Source: Chiloscyllium plagiosum
Lineage: Eukaryota
Reading direction: 5' to 3'
Assembly (NCBI RefSeq): GCF_004010195.1
Contig: NC_057718.1
Location: 10,212,009 to 10,276,008 of the forward strand
Length of the DNA: 64,000 nucleotides
This document shows positions 12,951 to 27,095 of this stretch, in pieces. The first letter of the stretch is position 1. Every line of letters starts with the position of its first letter. Position numbers and translations under genes: made by a program. The notes under the pieces were generated by a model. That model was not told the origin of the DNA. It ran no database searches and saw only the letters and a program-made list of their open reading frames with translations.

Positions 12951-13761
12951 AACACAACAATTCTGGTTTCCCAACACCTCCAAGGGCGATCCAATATTAA
13001 GAGAATCTATCTGCTCGTAATTCCAAAACCTTAAAAAAATCCCATTTCTTATTCAGGTAAATTGTCAAAGATTGCACTCCCATCTATATCAGAGTCATAC
13101 AGAAGAGGTCATATTAGAAGGTATCTCTTTGTCATGTAACAAAATGTCTTTCAGCATTGCAAGTTTCACTTCCTTTTCGAGAGGACTCACTTCTATATGT
13201 CAACTGAACAGTCTGCTTGCTTCTCGCTGGGATATTTCCGACTGTCACTCTTGGTGTTAGATTGTCAAACCTTGGCTGGCTGACTTTTCCAAAGTTTAAA
13301 CTAATCATGAAGGATGGCTTAATGACCCAGCCTCCTGTTTTAGGTTTGCTGGTATTAACAAGGGTATCAACACGCCAGAAGGTCTCCCTCCTTGAATTCC
13401 TCGTACCGATTATTTGTCAATGTCCACTTTTGCTTACCGTCATCTGCGTGTCCTTGCATTGGTTCCACAGAATCTCCAAGTTTTACCTCACAGCCAGTTC
13501 TGGAAGAAGACCTACATGTATTCTACGAATGGCCTCATCTTAGTTTCATCCATCTTAATGATGGGTAAATACACGCAATGCATTCACCCAACCTCGCATA
13601 GCCTTCTGCCCCGTGAACCATGGAGATGCTGTCTTGAACTGGCTCTGCTGTGATTGGAGGCCAACAAGGTTACAATTGTGTGAGTGACCCATTAAACTGG
13701 GAGAACCTAAACACTATCACAGACAGCCCTCTCATAATGGGAAGTGGGGAAAGCTAACTTC

Positions 13762-14305
13762 ATAGAATCCCTACAGTGTGGAAACAGGTCATACGACTCA
13801 ACAAGTACATACCAACCCTCTGAAGAGTAACCTATTCCCCTGCCCCTATTATTCTACATGTATCCCTGACTAATGCATCTAACCTTCACATCCCTGAACA
13901 CTATGGGCAATGTAGCATGACCAATTCACCTAATCTGCACATCTTTGGATGGTGAGAGGAAATTGGAGTATCCAGAGGGGACCCACGCAGACACGGGGAG
14001 AATGTGTAACCTCCACACAGACAGATTAGATTATTTACAGTGTGGAAACAGGCCCTTCGGCCCAACAAGTCCACACCGACCCACCGAAGCGCACTTTACC
14101 TAACACTACGGGCAATTTAGCATGGCCAATTCACCTAACCTGCACATCTTTGGAGTGTGGGAGGAAACCGGAGCACCCGGAGGAAACCCACGCAGACAGG
14201 GGGAGTATGTGCAAACTCCACACAGTCAGTCGTCTGAGGCTGGAATTGAACCCGGGTCCCTGGTGCCATGAAGCAGCAGTGCGAACCACTGAGCTACCAT
14301 GCTGG
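13762..14305 (-). mobile_element. Two adjacent or nested V-SINEs
   Basis: Two reverse copies of the V-domain and tail. Confidence 0.85.
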
Positions 14306-15563
14306 CCAACTTATTGGGAATCTGCTTTTTGGTCAATTTATAAGCTCTAGATTCTGGTCCATACCCTCCTCTCCTGTCAGTGATTGAGACCCATGAGGGG
14401 TTTGACCGAACGGGAGTTACAGAGCTTTTTTTTTAAACAGCACAGTAAGAAATGCAGATAAGTTTAAGCTATTCAGGAAGGTGCCCAACCTGCAGAACAA
14501 TGAGTAGCTCAGTGCAAGAAATTGGACTGTTGAGAGTTGACAATGTAAGATTCATGACACACTTCACAATGGACAGGGTCCAGTGCTGGCATTGTTATCA
14601 CACAGCAGTCAGTCAGTACTCCAGGAAAGGAAGATTAGACGCAGGACCGAAAACATAGCACTGTCTTGGAGGCGAGTACCCAGAAATGTCTCCTTTGTCA
14701 GAGATAACCTCCCAATGCCACTGAATGTTTAGGGGATGTAGTTTCTTGTTTTTTCAGTGGCAGGAGAAATAATGTATGTCCTTGCAGGTCATGTTAGTCC
14801 TTCCACATAAGAATATAAGAAACAGGAGTAGGCCTGCTCGGCTATTCCATAAGATCCTAACCGATTAGATGGTGGCCTTAACTCCACTTTGCCGACTCAC
14901 GTATCAATCAGAAATCTGCCCGACCAATCCTGAAATTATTCAGTGACCCTCCCCTCCCATGATTATCTTGACCATTGACAGAGTTGGACAGAGTGGGGAT
15001 GATTGTCTCACAGTCTCACTACGGGTACTGATCCAACTCAGTGAGTTAACAAGGTAGAGCATTGCACTGTTTTCACATTCTCTCCTCTCTCTCCCCAACC
15101 AGAAAGGGCTGATCGTAACAGCCCTTAACACAACTGTCTCATTTTGAGACAGAGGAAAATGTATTTTCTGATGGAAGGGACAATCATGGAAGGTTACTAA
15201 ACCGGAATCAGTCACATAAGGAAGCCTCTGAGAGGGATCTCTTGAGGTTGCTTTCACTTCTTTGTGATTTGAAATGGTTTTTATCAAATTAAAGACAATA
15301 TGAATTTATGATCTGCCTGTATTGCTCACAAACAAAGCTTTTCACTGTACTTAGTACACAAAACCACAATAAATCAAATCAAATATATTAAGCAATGCAT
15401 TTATATTTGGACAGCTCATGGCTTTCATTCTATTGCAGGACTGTCGTGGTTTAATAGATTGGTTTAATTAATTGGTTCATACATTGCTGTTAGTTAATTT
15501 CTGATGTTATTACTTAACCATTACTATAGCTTGCATTGCATGCTGAAGTTTTATACCAGTGAG

Positions 15564-15682
15564 GTAAAAACAATGACTGCAGATGCTGGAAACCAGATTC
15601 TGGATTAGTGGTGCTGGAAGAGCACAGCAATTCAGGCAGCATCGAAGGAGCTTCGAAATCGACATTTCGGGCAAAAGCCCTC
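15564..15682 (-). mobile_element. Short Penelope-derived insertion
   Basis: 11-bp TSD ataccagtgag (15553-15563, 15683-15693). Related terminal sequence; hammerhead truncated. Confidence 0.75.
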
Positions 15683-16786
15683 ATACCAGTGAGATGTGCT
15701 TGACCGATAGATACAAATTTAATCTCTTAGTTAGATATTTGTTCTTTTGTGAACTAAATTCTGTCAATATGTATGCATTTCACTCACATTTTCATGAATG
15801 GTACGTGAAAAGTTCACCAACACCTGCTTGACCACTAACCATGGGAAACAGCTGTAGAAACTCGTAAAAATTAGCAGCACACATGATGCTCATAGAAACT
15901 GAGAATTAAGTTTGCACTTTTGTTTAGGAAGTGATACTGCGGGTTTAATTGCGTTTTTTGATACCTATTATATAAAATATGTAATTGCCTTTGTGGTCAA
16001 TTACTTTGTCTAGCAGCAGAATCAGTCAAACGGTAACAGAATTCTTCACCTAGGAAACAAGTCCATCCCTCTGCAGAACGGTCAATGTTCAATCACAGTA
16101 TTGACAATGCAACAAGCTGGGTCAGCAACAAGGCTGAAGGGAGGGACAGAACATAAATCTAATAAAATCATTTTTGATTTATTGACTAATCTGAGAGGGA
16201 GTGATAGCAGTGGGTTAGTCTGAGAGTGACAGTAGGAAGCAAACAGCACAAAGTATCATGCAACAAATGCAACAGCTCAACGTCAGACCTACTATTGCAG
16301 AGTCGCAGTCCATTGAGTGATTGAATTGGGGAGAGTCCACCCAGAGCTGCCTCCAAACAGTAGCCCCTGAATCACCACTGGTCAGACAGTTTGCATACCA
16401 CTAGGGTAGGGTGTCCTGTCTTAGTAATGTATAAAATAATCAAGATAGTGACTGGCTTCTGTCCAGAATGTTTCAATGAGAACTACAGGCGAGGCATTAG
16501 GATTCCTAATTCCTCCAGTCCCCTCACTTGCTCTCAACCCATAGCCTTTGAACTTGCTGCTCTTTGCTCTTTTGGGTCCAGCCTTGACATTGTTATGAAA
16601 CCTGCTGATGGGGGCAGGGGGGGATGTTGTTTTGGACTCAGCACTGTATTCAATAATTTCAGACTGTGCCCTCATTTTGTTTCCTTTTTGCAGGTTTTGG
16701 CTTTCCTCTTGTTTTTGTTTTCAGAAGATAAATCCTCATCACGCTGCCATTTACACCTCTTTAAATCCATCTTTTGTTTTTTTTTT

Positions 16787-16985
16787 AAAACTCAGCAGGT
16801 CTGGCAGCATCTGCGGAGAGAAACCAGCGTTAATGTTTCTGGTCTGGTGACCCTTCCTCAGTTGAGGGCCCAAAACGTTAACTTTGATTTCTCTCCGCAG
16901 ATGCTGCCAGACCTGCTGAGCTTTTCCAGCAATTTCTGTTTTTGTTTCTGATTTACAGCACCTGCAGTTCTTTGTGTTTTTTGTT
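16787..16985. mobile_element. Palindromic Penelope-derived element (related family)
   Basis: Inverted arms ctcagcaggtctggcagcatctgcggagagaaa / tttctctccgcagatgctgccagacctgctgag. Confidence 0.7.
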
Positions 16986-17233
16986 TGTAATTTGTCTCAT
17001 TACTATTGTGCTTGGTTCCTCACCATTGAATCTTTGTCACTTAATCCCTCCGACCTTCTACCTGAGTCACAGACTTTCCCTTTTGGTTCTTTGTCGCACT
17101 TTCACTATTTGTGACATACTCAGAATCAAGTCTATCTCAAACAGCCATTGGATTGGAATCAACGAGTCTGCTTCTCTCTTCAGACAGGCTGCCTGACCAC
17201 CTGAGTTTTTCCAGTATTTGCTGTTTTCATTGA

Positions 17234-17550
17234 ATCACTACAGCATGGGAACAGGCCCTTCGGCCCTATAAGTCCATACCGACCCTCTGAAGAGTATCCC
17301 ATCCAAACCCATTCCTTATTACTCTACATTTACCCCTAACCTACATATCCCTGAATACTATGGGCAATTTAGCCACACCAATTCACCTAACCTGCACATC
17401 TTTGGACTGTGGGAGGAAACCAGAGCACCTGGAGGAAACCCATGCAGACACAGGGAGAATGTGCAAACTCCACACAGACAGTCGTCCGAGGCAGGAATTG
17501 AACCTGGGTCCCAGGTGCTGTGTGGCAGCAGTGCTAACCACTGAGCCATC
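17234..17550 (-). mobile_element. V-SINE (HE1-like)
   Basis: Reverse tRNA head, V-domain and tail. Confidence 0.85.
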
Positions 17551-17676
17551 TGGCCGCTCTTCGTTACAAATTTTCAGTAACCAATGGCTTTGATTTTGTG
17601 TTCTTTACAATGTAGTTTTAAAACGTCTTCAGCAGAATGAATGACCTCCCTTTGAAGATGCAGTCTCATTACAAAC

Positions 17677-17758
17677 CTGCATTCCAGCTAGTGCATGCTG
17701 GGCTAGTTTGACATTCTTCGATTCCAAAGCAAGTTTCAGAGGAGTAAGGCATCTCTCC
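17677..17758 (-). CDS. ARFGEF3: ARFGEF3/BIG3-like, coding exon 3 (82 nt)
   Basis: Acceptor ttcctaattag| and donor CAG|GTTTGT. Encodes ERCLTPLKLALESKNVKLAQHALAGMQ, nearly identical to the recalled ARFGEF3 EKCLLPLQLALESKNVKLAQHALAGMQ. Exons 1-3 sum to 219 nt = 73 codons in frame. Confidence 0.9.
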
Positions 17759-20090
17759 CTAATTAGGAAGAAACAAGGTAAATAAGTCAAAATCTTTTCA
17801 CAATCATGTTATAAACATAAAAATACAGAAAATAAGTGCAGAAGTAGGCTATTCAGCCCTTCAATAGGATATTAACTGATCATCTGACTCAGTACTGCTT
17901 TCTCCCCATACCCTTTGACCCTTAAGCCCCAAGAACAATATCTAATTGTTTCTTGAAAACTTTCAATGTTTTGGCCTCAACTGCTTTCTGTGGCGGAGAA
18001 TTGCACAGACCCACTACTTTTTGGGTGAAGAACTTTCTCCTCATCCCAGTACTAAGTGGCCTACCCTTACATTGTGAACCCTAGATCTGGACTCTCAGGC
18101 ACTGGGAATGTCCTTTCTGCATTTACCTTGTCTCATCCTGTTAGAATTTTAGAGATTTCTACAAGACTCCCCCCTCATTCTTCTAAACTGCAGTGAATAT
18201 AGTCCTAACCAATTCTGTCTCTCTTCATATGTCAGTCCTGGCAAATCAGTCTGGCAAACCTTTGTTCAACTTCTTCCATCGCCAGAACAAACTTGCTCAG
18301 ATAAGGAGATCAAAACTGCACACAATACTCCAGGTGTGGTCTCACCAAGATCTTTTACAATTGCAGCAATATATCCCTGCTCCTGTACTCGAATCCTCTC
18401 ATTATGGAGAGAATGTACAACATACCATTTGTCTCCTTCACTGCCTGCTATTTTCAGTGTCAAGTACACAAGGCCACCCAAGTCTCATTGTACCTCCCCT
18501 TTTTCAAAACCATCACCATTCAGACAGTAATCTGCTTTCCTGTTTTTGCTCTCAAAGTAGATAACCTCTCATTTATCCACATTATACTGTGTCTGCTATG
18601 CATTTACCCACTCACTCAGCTTATCCAAATCACAGTGAAGCATCTCTGCATCCTCTTCAGAGCTCACCCTCCCACCCAGCTTTGTGTCACCTGCAAATTT
18701 GGAGATATTATATTTAGTTCCCTCATCTAAATCATTAATCTCTATCATGAATAGCTGATGTCCAAGTACTGATCCCTACACGGCCTCACTAGTCACTGGC
18801 TGCTATTTGGAAAATAACCCATTTATTCCAACTGTCTGCTTTCTGGTAGCCAACTAGTTCTCTATCCATGTCAGTACACTACCTCCCATTCCATGCACTT
18901 TAATTTTACATGCAAATCTCTTATTGACCTTAATAAATGCTTTCTGCAAGTCCAAGCAAACTACATCCACTGGCTCCCCCTTATCAACTCTGCTCATTAA
19001 CACTCGCAAGAAATTCTGATATTTGTCAAGCATGATTTCCCTTTTGCAAATCCATGCTGACTCTGTCCAATCCTGTCATTGTTTCCCAAGTGCACAGCCG
19101 TTAAATCTTTTACAATGGACCAATGCCAGGCTAACCAGTCCATAATTCTCTGTTTCTCTCTACCTCCTGGTTTAAATAGTGGGGTTACATTAGCTATCCT
19201 CCAATTCATAAGACCATAAGATATAGAAGCTGAATTAGGCCATTCAGCCCATTCAGTCTGCTCCATCATTCAATGATGGCTGATATATTTCTTAATCTCC
19301 TTCTTCTGCCTTCTCCCCATAACTACCGATCCCCTTACAAGTCAAGAACCTATCTATCTCTGGCTTAAAGTCACTCAATGACTTGGCCTCCACAGCCCCC
19401 TGTGGAAATAGGTTCCAAAGATTCACCACCCTCTGGCTGAAGAAATTCCTCCTCATCTCGGTTTCAAAAGGCCATCCCATCTCTTCACTTGGAGGCTGTG
19501 CCCTCGGGTCCTAGTCTCTCCTACTTGTGGAAACATCTTCTCCACGTCCATTCTATCCAGGTCTCTCAGTATTCTGTAAGTTTCAATAATATCCCTCCTC
19601 TTATTATTCTAAACTCGATTGAGAACAGACCCAGAGTACTCAACCAATCCTCATCTGACAATCCTTCATCCCCAGGATCATTCTTATAAACCTCCTCTGG
19701 ACACCCTCTAAGGCTGGCACATCCTTTCTTACATACAGAGCCCAAAACCGCTCATAATATTCCAAATGTTGTCTGACCAGAGCCTTAAACAGCTTCAGTC
19801 GCACATCTCTGCTCTTGCATTCTCTTGCAATGAATGCTAACATTGCATTTGCCTTCCTAAATGCCAGCTGAACTTGTATGTTAACCTTAAGAGGACCTTG
19901 AACTAGAACTCCCATGTTCCTTTATACTTCAGATTTCCGAAGCCTTTCACCATTGAGAAATAGTTATGCCTCTATTCTTCCTACCAATGTGTACCCTGTT
20001 CACTCTTGTCCAGTCTGATTTCCATCTACCACTTCTTTGCCCACTCTCCTAGCCTATGAAAGTTCTTTTGCAACCTCCCACCTCCTTTGT

Positions 20091-20410
20091 GGGCGGCACG
20101 GTGGCACAGTGGTTAGCACTGCTGCCTCACAGCGCCTGAGACCCGGGTTCAATTCCCGCCTCAGGCGACTAACTGTGTGGAGTCTGCACGTTCTCCCCGT
20201 GTCTGCGTGGGTTTCCTCCGGGTGCTCCGGTTTCCTCACACAGTCCAAAGATGTGCAGGTCAGGTGAATTGGCCATGCTAAATTGCCCGTAGTGTTAGGT
20301 AAGGGGTAAATGTAGGGGTATGGGTGGGTTGCGCTTCGGCGGGTCGGTGTGGACTTGTTGGGCCGAAGGGCCTGTTTCCACACTGTAATGTAATGTAATC
20401 TAATCTAATC
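20091..20410 (+). mobile_element. Full-length young V-SINE (HE1-like)
   Basis: A box tggcacagtgg, B box ggttcaattcc, V-domain, CR1-like tail and (taatc)n; near-identical to 22320-22641. Confidence 0.92.
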
Positions 20411-22319
20411 ATAATCAACACTACCTGTCCCTCCACCTATTTCGTGTCACCTGCAATCTTAGCAACAATGCCCTCAGTTCCTTCGTCCAGATTGTTAATG
20501 TGTGATGTGAATATTTGTGGTCGCAACACTGACCCCTGCAAAACTGCGTTAGTCCTGGGCTGCCATCTTAAGAAAGACCCTTTAATTCCTACCTTCTGTC
20601 AGCTAGCCAATCGTCCATCCATGCCAGTAGAGTCATATAGTCATAGAGATGTACAGCATGGAAAGAGACCCTTCAGTCCAACTCGTCCATGCCGACCAGA
20701 TATCCTAACCCAATTTGTCCCACCTGCCAGCACCCGGCCCATATCCCTCCAAACCCTTCCTATTCATATACCCATCCAAATGCCTCATAAAATGTTGCAA
20801 CTGTACCAGCCTCCACCATATCATCTGGCAGCTCATTCCATACACGTACCACTCTCTGCGTGAAAAAGTTACCCCTTAGTTCTCTTTTATAACCTTCCTC
20901 TCTCGCCCTAAACCTATGCCCTCTAGTTCTGGACTCCCCCATTCGAGGAAAAAGACTTTGTCTATCTATCCTATCCATGCCCCTCATAATTTTGTAAACC
21001 TCTATAAAGGTCACCCCTCAGCCTCCGACACTCTAGGGAAAACAGCCCCAAGCCTATTCAGCCACTCCCTGTAGCTCAAATCCTCCAACCCTGGCAACAT
21101 CCTTGTAAATCTTTTCTGAACCCTTTCAAGTTTCACAACATCTTTCCAATAGGAAGGAGTCCAGAATTGCACACAATATTCCAAAAGTGGCCTAACCAAT
21201 GTCCTGTACAGCCTCAACATGACCTCCCAACTCCTGTACTCAATACTCTGACCAATAAAGGAAAGCATACCAAACGCCTTCTTCACTTTCCTATCTACCT
21301 GCGACTCCATTATCAAGGGGCTATGAACCTGCACTCCAAGGTCTCTTTGTTCAGCAACACTCCCTAGGACCTTACCATTAAGTGTATAAGTCCTGCTAAG
21401 ATTTGCTTTCCCAAAATGCTGCACAGTACTTTGCCCCGAACATCATGGGCTCTTATCTTATTTAGCAGCCTCCTGTGCAGCACCTCGTCAGGGGTCTTTT
21501 GGAAATCTAAATAGATGGCATCCACTGGTTTTCCTTTGTCTAACAGATTTGTGAGGCATGATCTACCCATGATGAAGCTGTGCTGACTCAGCCCTACTTT
21601 ACCATGCACTTCCTAGTATTCTACAATTTCATCATTAAGTATGGGCTCTAAAATCTCACCAATCACCAAGGTCAGGCTAACATGTCTAATTTCCTGCCTT
21701 CTGCCTCCCATCTTTCTTAAACAGGGGCGTTACATTAACCATTTTCCAGACCTCAGGAGCCTCCCTGACTCCAGCGATTCCTAAAAGATTTCCACCAAAC
21801 CCTCCCCAATATCTTCAGTTATTTTCTTCAGAACAGTAGGGTGTAGTCCATCTGGTCTGGGTGATGTACCCACCTTCTTCTTAATGATGGCCACTACACT
21901 CTGCCCCTGACTCTTGAAGTTCTGGTTTGCTGCTAATGTCTTGCACTGTGAAAAGTGACGTAAAGTACCTATTCAGTTCCTCCCCATTTCTTAGTTCTCG
22001 ATTACTACTTCCCCAGCCTCATTTTCCAGCGGTCCAATGTCCACTCTTGCCTCTCTCTTACCTTTTGGAAATCCAAGAAACTTGTAGAGGTATTGTTATG
22101 CTTTCTTGACAGTATTGTCAATGTGGGTAGATGAGAACAGATTGGTGGTGGTCATCACACCTAGGAATTTAACGCTCTCAACCATAATACAGTTACATCT
22201 GATTTCAGTTTCTCCCTCTCAAAGTGGACGGTGGATTCTGTCATATTGTGATCGCCAGCCCCTCAAGATTCCTTCACCTTTAGCTCCCTTATCAAGTCTG
22301 CCACATCAAGTCCAGAACT

Positions 22320-22641
22320 GGGCGGCACGGTGGCACAGTGGTTAGCACTGCTGCCTCGCAGCGCCAGAGACCCGGGTTCAATTCCCGACTCAGGCGACTG
22401 ACTGTGTGGAGTTTGCACGTTCTCCCCGTGTCTGCGTGGGTTTCCTCCGGGGGCTCCGGTTTCCTCCCACAGTCCAAAGATGTGCAAGTCAGGTGAATTG
22501 GCCATGCTAAATTGCCCGTAGTGTTAGGTAAAGGGGTAAATGTAGGGGTATGGGTGGGTTACGCTTCGGCGGGTCGGTGTGGACTTGTTGGGCCGAAGGG
22601 CCTGTTTCCACACTGTAAGTAATCTAATCTAATCTAATCTA
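22320..22641 (+). mobile_element. Full-length young V-SINE (HE1-like)
   Basis: Same structure as 20091-20410; CpGs retained. Confidence 0.92.
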
Positions 22642-22756
22642 AACTGCCTTTTCCCTAGAAGGCTCTACCACAAGCTGATCTAAACAAAAACCCATCTCAT
22701 GGACATTTCACAAATTCCTTTTCTTGGGATCCACTACCAGCCTGATTTTCTCAGTC

Positions 22757-22971
22757 GAGGAGAAAGTGAGGACTGCAGATGCTGGAGATCAGAGCTGAAA
22801 GTGTGTTGCTGGAAAAGCGCAGCAGGTCAGGCAGCATCCAAGGAACAGGAGAATTGACGTTTCGGGCATAAGCCTTTCTTCTGAAGAAGGGCTTATGCCC
22901 GAAACGTCGATTCTCCTGTTTCTTGGATGCTGCCTGACCTGCTGCGCTTTTCTAGCAACACATTTTCAGCT
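22757..22971. mobile_element. Palindromic Penelope-derived insertion with intact hammerhead core
   Basis: ~90-bp inverted arms; 15-bp TSD ctgattttctcagtc (22742-22756, 22972-22986); CTGAAGA at 22881, GAAACGTC at 22901. Confidence 0.85.
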
Positions 22972-25512
22972 CTGATTTTCTCAGTCCACCTGTACACTGA
23001 AGTCTCCCATGATTATTGTAATAGTGCCTTTCTTACATGCCTTTTCTATCTCCAGATTTATTTGCTGCCCTACATCCTGACTATTACTAGAAGGCCTACA
23101 CATAACTCCCATCGGGATCTTTTCTCCTTTACTGTTCCTTAACTCTACCCATAAAGATCTATGCCTTCCAACTCTACATCACTTCTTGCTATCAATTTAA
23201 TTTTGTTTCTAACTAATAAGGTAACCCCGCTTCCTCTCCCCAAATCCCTGTCCTCTCAATAGGAAGTGTATCTTTGGATATTTATTTCCCAGCTTTGATC
23301 CCTTTGCAACCACGTCTCTGTGACACCCACAATATCGTGCCTGCCAATTTTAAATTGCGCTACAAGCCCATTTACCTTGCATTTAAGTACAAACCCATCT
23401 GTTCTGCATAGACGCCTTCCTTCTCATAGTTGTCCCCTTATCTGCTAGGCCTGAAATTAGCCTCTAGGAACTATTCCAGAGTCTACAGAATTTTGAAAGA
23501 TGATCACCAATGCATCCACTATTTCCAGAGCCCCTCCTTTTTGTCCTCTGGGATGTGGATTAATGGGCTCTGGGCTATTATCGGCTTTCAAGCCAATCAG
23601 TTTTCCCAACACCATTTCGCTCATTTCGTCCCTCTCATCTGGACCCCGCACTTGCCAACATTTTTTGGGATATTGTTAGCGTTCTCCTTTGTGAAGACAA
23701 AACTAAAATATATAATTAATTGTCCTGCCATCTCTTTGTTTCCCATTTTAACGTCAGTTTATGACACTGAGGGATCTGCATTAGTCTTAAGCAATACAGC
23801 ACGGAAACAGACCCTTCAGTTCAACCAGTCCATGCTGACCATGTTCCCAATCTAAACTAGTCCCACCTGCCTGTGCTTGGCCCATATCCCTCTGAACATT
23901 TCTCATTCATGAACATACCCAAATGTCTTTTAAATGTTGTAACTGTACCTGCTTCCACCACTACCTCTGGAATTTCATTCCACACACAAACCACTCTTTC
24001 TGTAGAAATGTTGCCCCTCATGTCCTTTTTATATCCTTCTCCACCAAATTTAAAACTTATCCCCTAGTTTTGAGCTGTGCCACCCTAGGGAAAAGGCACA
24101 TGTCAAATCTTTTTGTATTCTCCATAAAAGGCTATCTGCATTTAGGTTGTGCTTTTCTCTACCTTGGGAAGATTCAGCTTTACGTCTGGTATGTAATTGC
24201 TGCTGGGATGGAGGAAATGTCATTGTCAACCAGTAAACTATATGCATTATTTGAATCTAAGATAATGGTCAAGCAGAAATCAAGACACATAGCTTATCTT
24301 TATGGAGAGAGTTTATTCACTTGCTAAGTCTCACAGCTATCACAGAATTGCCCAGTGTTCCAGCTACCACTATTTATGTGGGTATTTTCCTAAACAACAT
24401 ATTCAGAGATGCTATTACACACCTGTGCCCACAGACAGAACTTGAACTCTGGCTCTCCTGGTCTAGAGGTAGGGATACTACCACTGCATGACAAGAGCTT
24501 CAATGCTATTTATATGTGACAATTTTCTCATCAATCTGTTCATAGACATTATGACAGAACTCTGGAACAGGTGTGATTTGAACCCAGGCCTCCTGGCTCA
24601 GAGGTAGGGACACGACCACTATGCCGCAAGACCATAAGACATAGGAGATGAAATTAGATCATTCTGCCCATTGAGTCTGCTCCGCCATTCAATCATGGCT
24701 GATACGTTTCTCAACCACATTCTCCCAGTAACCCTTGATCCCCCTGACAATCAAGAACCTATCTATCCCAGTCTTAAATATACTCAATGACCTGGCATCC
24801 ACAGCCTTCTATGGCAATGATTTCCATAGTGTCACCACTCTCTGGTTGAAGACATTTCTCATTATCTCCATTCTGAAAAGGTCTTCCCTTTACTCTAAGG
24901 CTGTGCCTCTGATCCTAGTCTTTCCTTTCAATGGAAACATCTTCCCAACATCCACTCTGTTCAGGCTATTCAGTATTCTAAAGAGTGTGTGTGAGTTGTG
25001 TGTTAAAAGACAGTTAATGCCCATCACCATGCTCTCCCAACCATAACCACGCATTAACAAACATTAATGTGATTTGCAAACAGTCAACAACCAACCAAAT
25101 AATCTCTTTTGGTTGTGTAATAGATATTGGCCAGTTCATCAGAGAGAGCTCCCCCTGATCTTCACTGAAATAGTTGCCACGTTCCTTTACATTCACCAGG
25201 GCCTCAGTTGAACATCTCATCTGAAAGACAGCAGTTCTAACAGTGCAGCACATCCTCAGTACTGCTTCGGTGTCTCAGCCCAATTATTATACTCAAGTCC
25301 CTGCTGGAGTACTGAGGGGCCACAGCTGACACGCAACCATCCTTTGGCAATCATTGGGGAGCTTTGCAAATGATGCAAGACATGGTCAGAATATGTAATG
25401 GCAGATGTATCCATCAGAGGGAGCTAACAATTTGATGGATTGTTGCCAATTTGTTAAAACTCTTGGGTAAGATTTGTTAATGTAATAATTGAAAAGTTTT
25501 TCAAGTTGTTAT

Positions 25513-26540
25513 TGTGATAACTAGGTGAGGAGAGGTGAACCAAGTTCCGTCTTTTTAACGCCCTCAGTTAATTTCAACAAAGCTTTTTAAATCTTTTTAG
25601 CATGCAGTTATATGTCAAAATTAAATGTTGTAACAGTCAAAATTAACAAACCACTTAGTTTTCTGGACCAACCAAAAGAAAAAATTTGTTAGTTGCAAAC
25701 CCAGAGAAAAATAATAAAGCAGATCAAACACGCACACAAATACTCATAAAAAGTTAAAAGAGAGTGTCTGGAATAGTAGGAAGATAAAGAATATGTGATT
25801 TAATAAAAGATAACTCTTAGTCTCCTTCAGTTGTTCCAATTGAAGCCAAGATTATGGTTATTTAGTTGATTAGACTCCCTACAGCATGGAAATAGACCCT
25901 TCAGCCCAACAAGTCCACACTGTCCCTCCAAAGAGTAATCCACCCAGACCCATGCCCCTACATTTGCATCTGACTAATGTACCTAACACTATAGGCAATT
26001 TAGCATGGCCAGTTCACCTAACCTGGGTTGTGGGAGGAATCCAGAGCACCCATGAGAAACCCATGCAGACACAGGGAGAACGTTCAAACTCCACACGGAC
26101 AGTTGCCCAAAATTGGAATCAAACCTGGGTCCCTGGTGCTGTGAGGCAGCAGTGCTAACCACTGAGCCACCATGCCATCCACAATGATGACTGGTATCCT
26201 CAGAATTTGTGATTTTTTTTAGAATCCTTGGTTCTCTGGTTTCCTTTATCACCAGTGCTGGCTTTTGAGATGGTAAGAGGAGAAACATGAAGAGAGAGTC
26301 TTCCAGCTCCAGCTCTTGCTGTTACTAATCAATTTGGAATTGGGAGGAGTGTGCATTACTTGAGCATGACCGTGAAGAGGACTGGGAGGAGAGTGCAGTG
26401 AGTCAGCATCACTGTGAAGTAGGCTGAGCAACAGAGAGCAGGACCCTTTGTTTCTGAAACTATTAATACCAAAATCTGATTCTGTGAAATAAAAACATAT
26501 CTGCCTCTTAGGTCACTTTGCCTACCTCACTCTAGGTCAA
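25513..26540 (-). mobile_element. Possible solo LTR interrupted by a V-SINE (~25865-26180)
   Basis: Imperfect inverted termini (tgtgataactaggtgagg / cctcactctaggtcaac); the SINE is clear, the LTR call is weak. Confidence 0.35.
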
Positions 26541-26544
26541 CCTT

Positions 26545-27095
26545 CATGCTGCAGCTGTACAAAACTCTGGTATAGGCACACTTGGACTATTGCATACAGT
26601 TCTGGTCACTGCATTATAGGAAGGATATGGAAGCTTTGGAAAGGGTTCAGAGGAGATTTACTAGGATGTTGTCTGGTATGGAGAGAACATCTTATGAGAA
26701 AAGGCTGAGGAACTTGAGGCTGTTTCCGTTAGAGAGAAGAAGGTTGACAGGTGACTTAATTGAGACATATAAGATAATCAGAGGGTTAGATAGGGTGGAC
26801 AGTGACAGGCTTTTTCCTTGGATGGTGACAGCCAGCATGAGGGGACACAGCCATATTTTGAGGGATGATAGATTTAGGACAGTTGTCAGAGGTAGGTTCT
26901 TTACTCAGAGAGTAGTAGGGGTGTGGAATGCACTGCCTGCAACAGTAATAGACTCGCCAACTTTAAGGCATTTAAATGGTCATCGAATAGATATAGGAAT
27001 GAAAATGGAATAGTCTAGGTTAGATGGGCTTCAGATTGTGTAACATCGAGGGCCAAAGGGCCTGTAATGCGTAGTAATGTTCTATGTTCTATGTT
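26545..27095 (+). mobile_element. CR1-type LINE 3' fragment
   Basis: YCIQFWS...ERVQRRFTRML...FTQRVVGVWNALP; (tatgttc)n tail. Confidence 0.9.

Larger units (their letters stand above)
17815..24100 (-). mobile_element. Stack of nested CR1 LINE fragments (youngest-looking ~20626-21420), containing SINE and Penelope insertions
   Basis: Multiple CR1 RT/EN motifs (QHGFAKGKSCLTN, YLDFQK, LVRPLLEYCVQFW) restarting at several 3' tails. Confidence 0.85.

Noticed and set aside
13060..13720. Coding-like minus-strand stretch (…KQKWTLTNNRYEEFKEGDLLAC*) as an ARFGEF3 exon
   Set aside because: No similarity to the expected ARFGEF3 sequence and the frames are broken. It may be a decayed Gypsy integrase tail (FKEGDL, GRRL), but the evidence is too weak to call.
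15788..15898. Candidate minus-strand exon with a gtgagt donor
   Set aside because: It gives a stop in the phase required after exon 3 and has no recognisable homology.
16391..16951. 186-aa ORF
   Set aside because: Runs into a Penelope-derived repeat, has low-complexity composition and no recognisable domain.
20091..20165. tRNA gene
   Set aside because: It is the tRNA-derived head of a V-SINE, continuing into the V-domain and tail; the same applies to the other copies.
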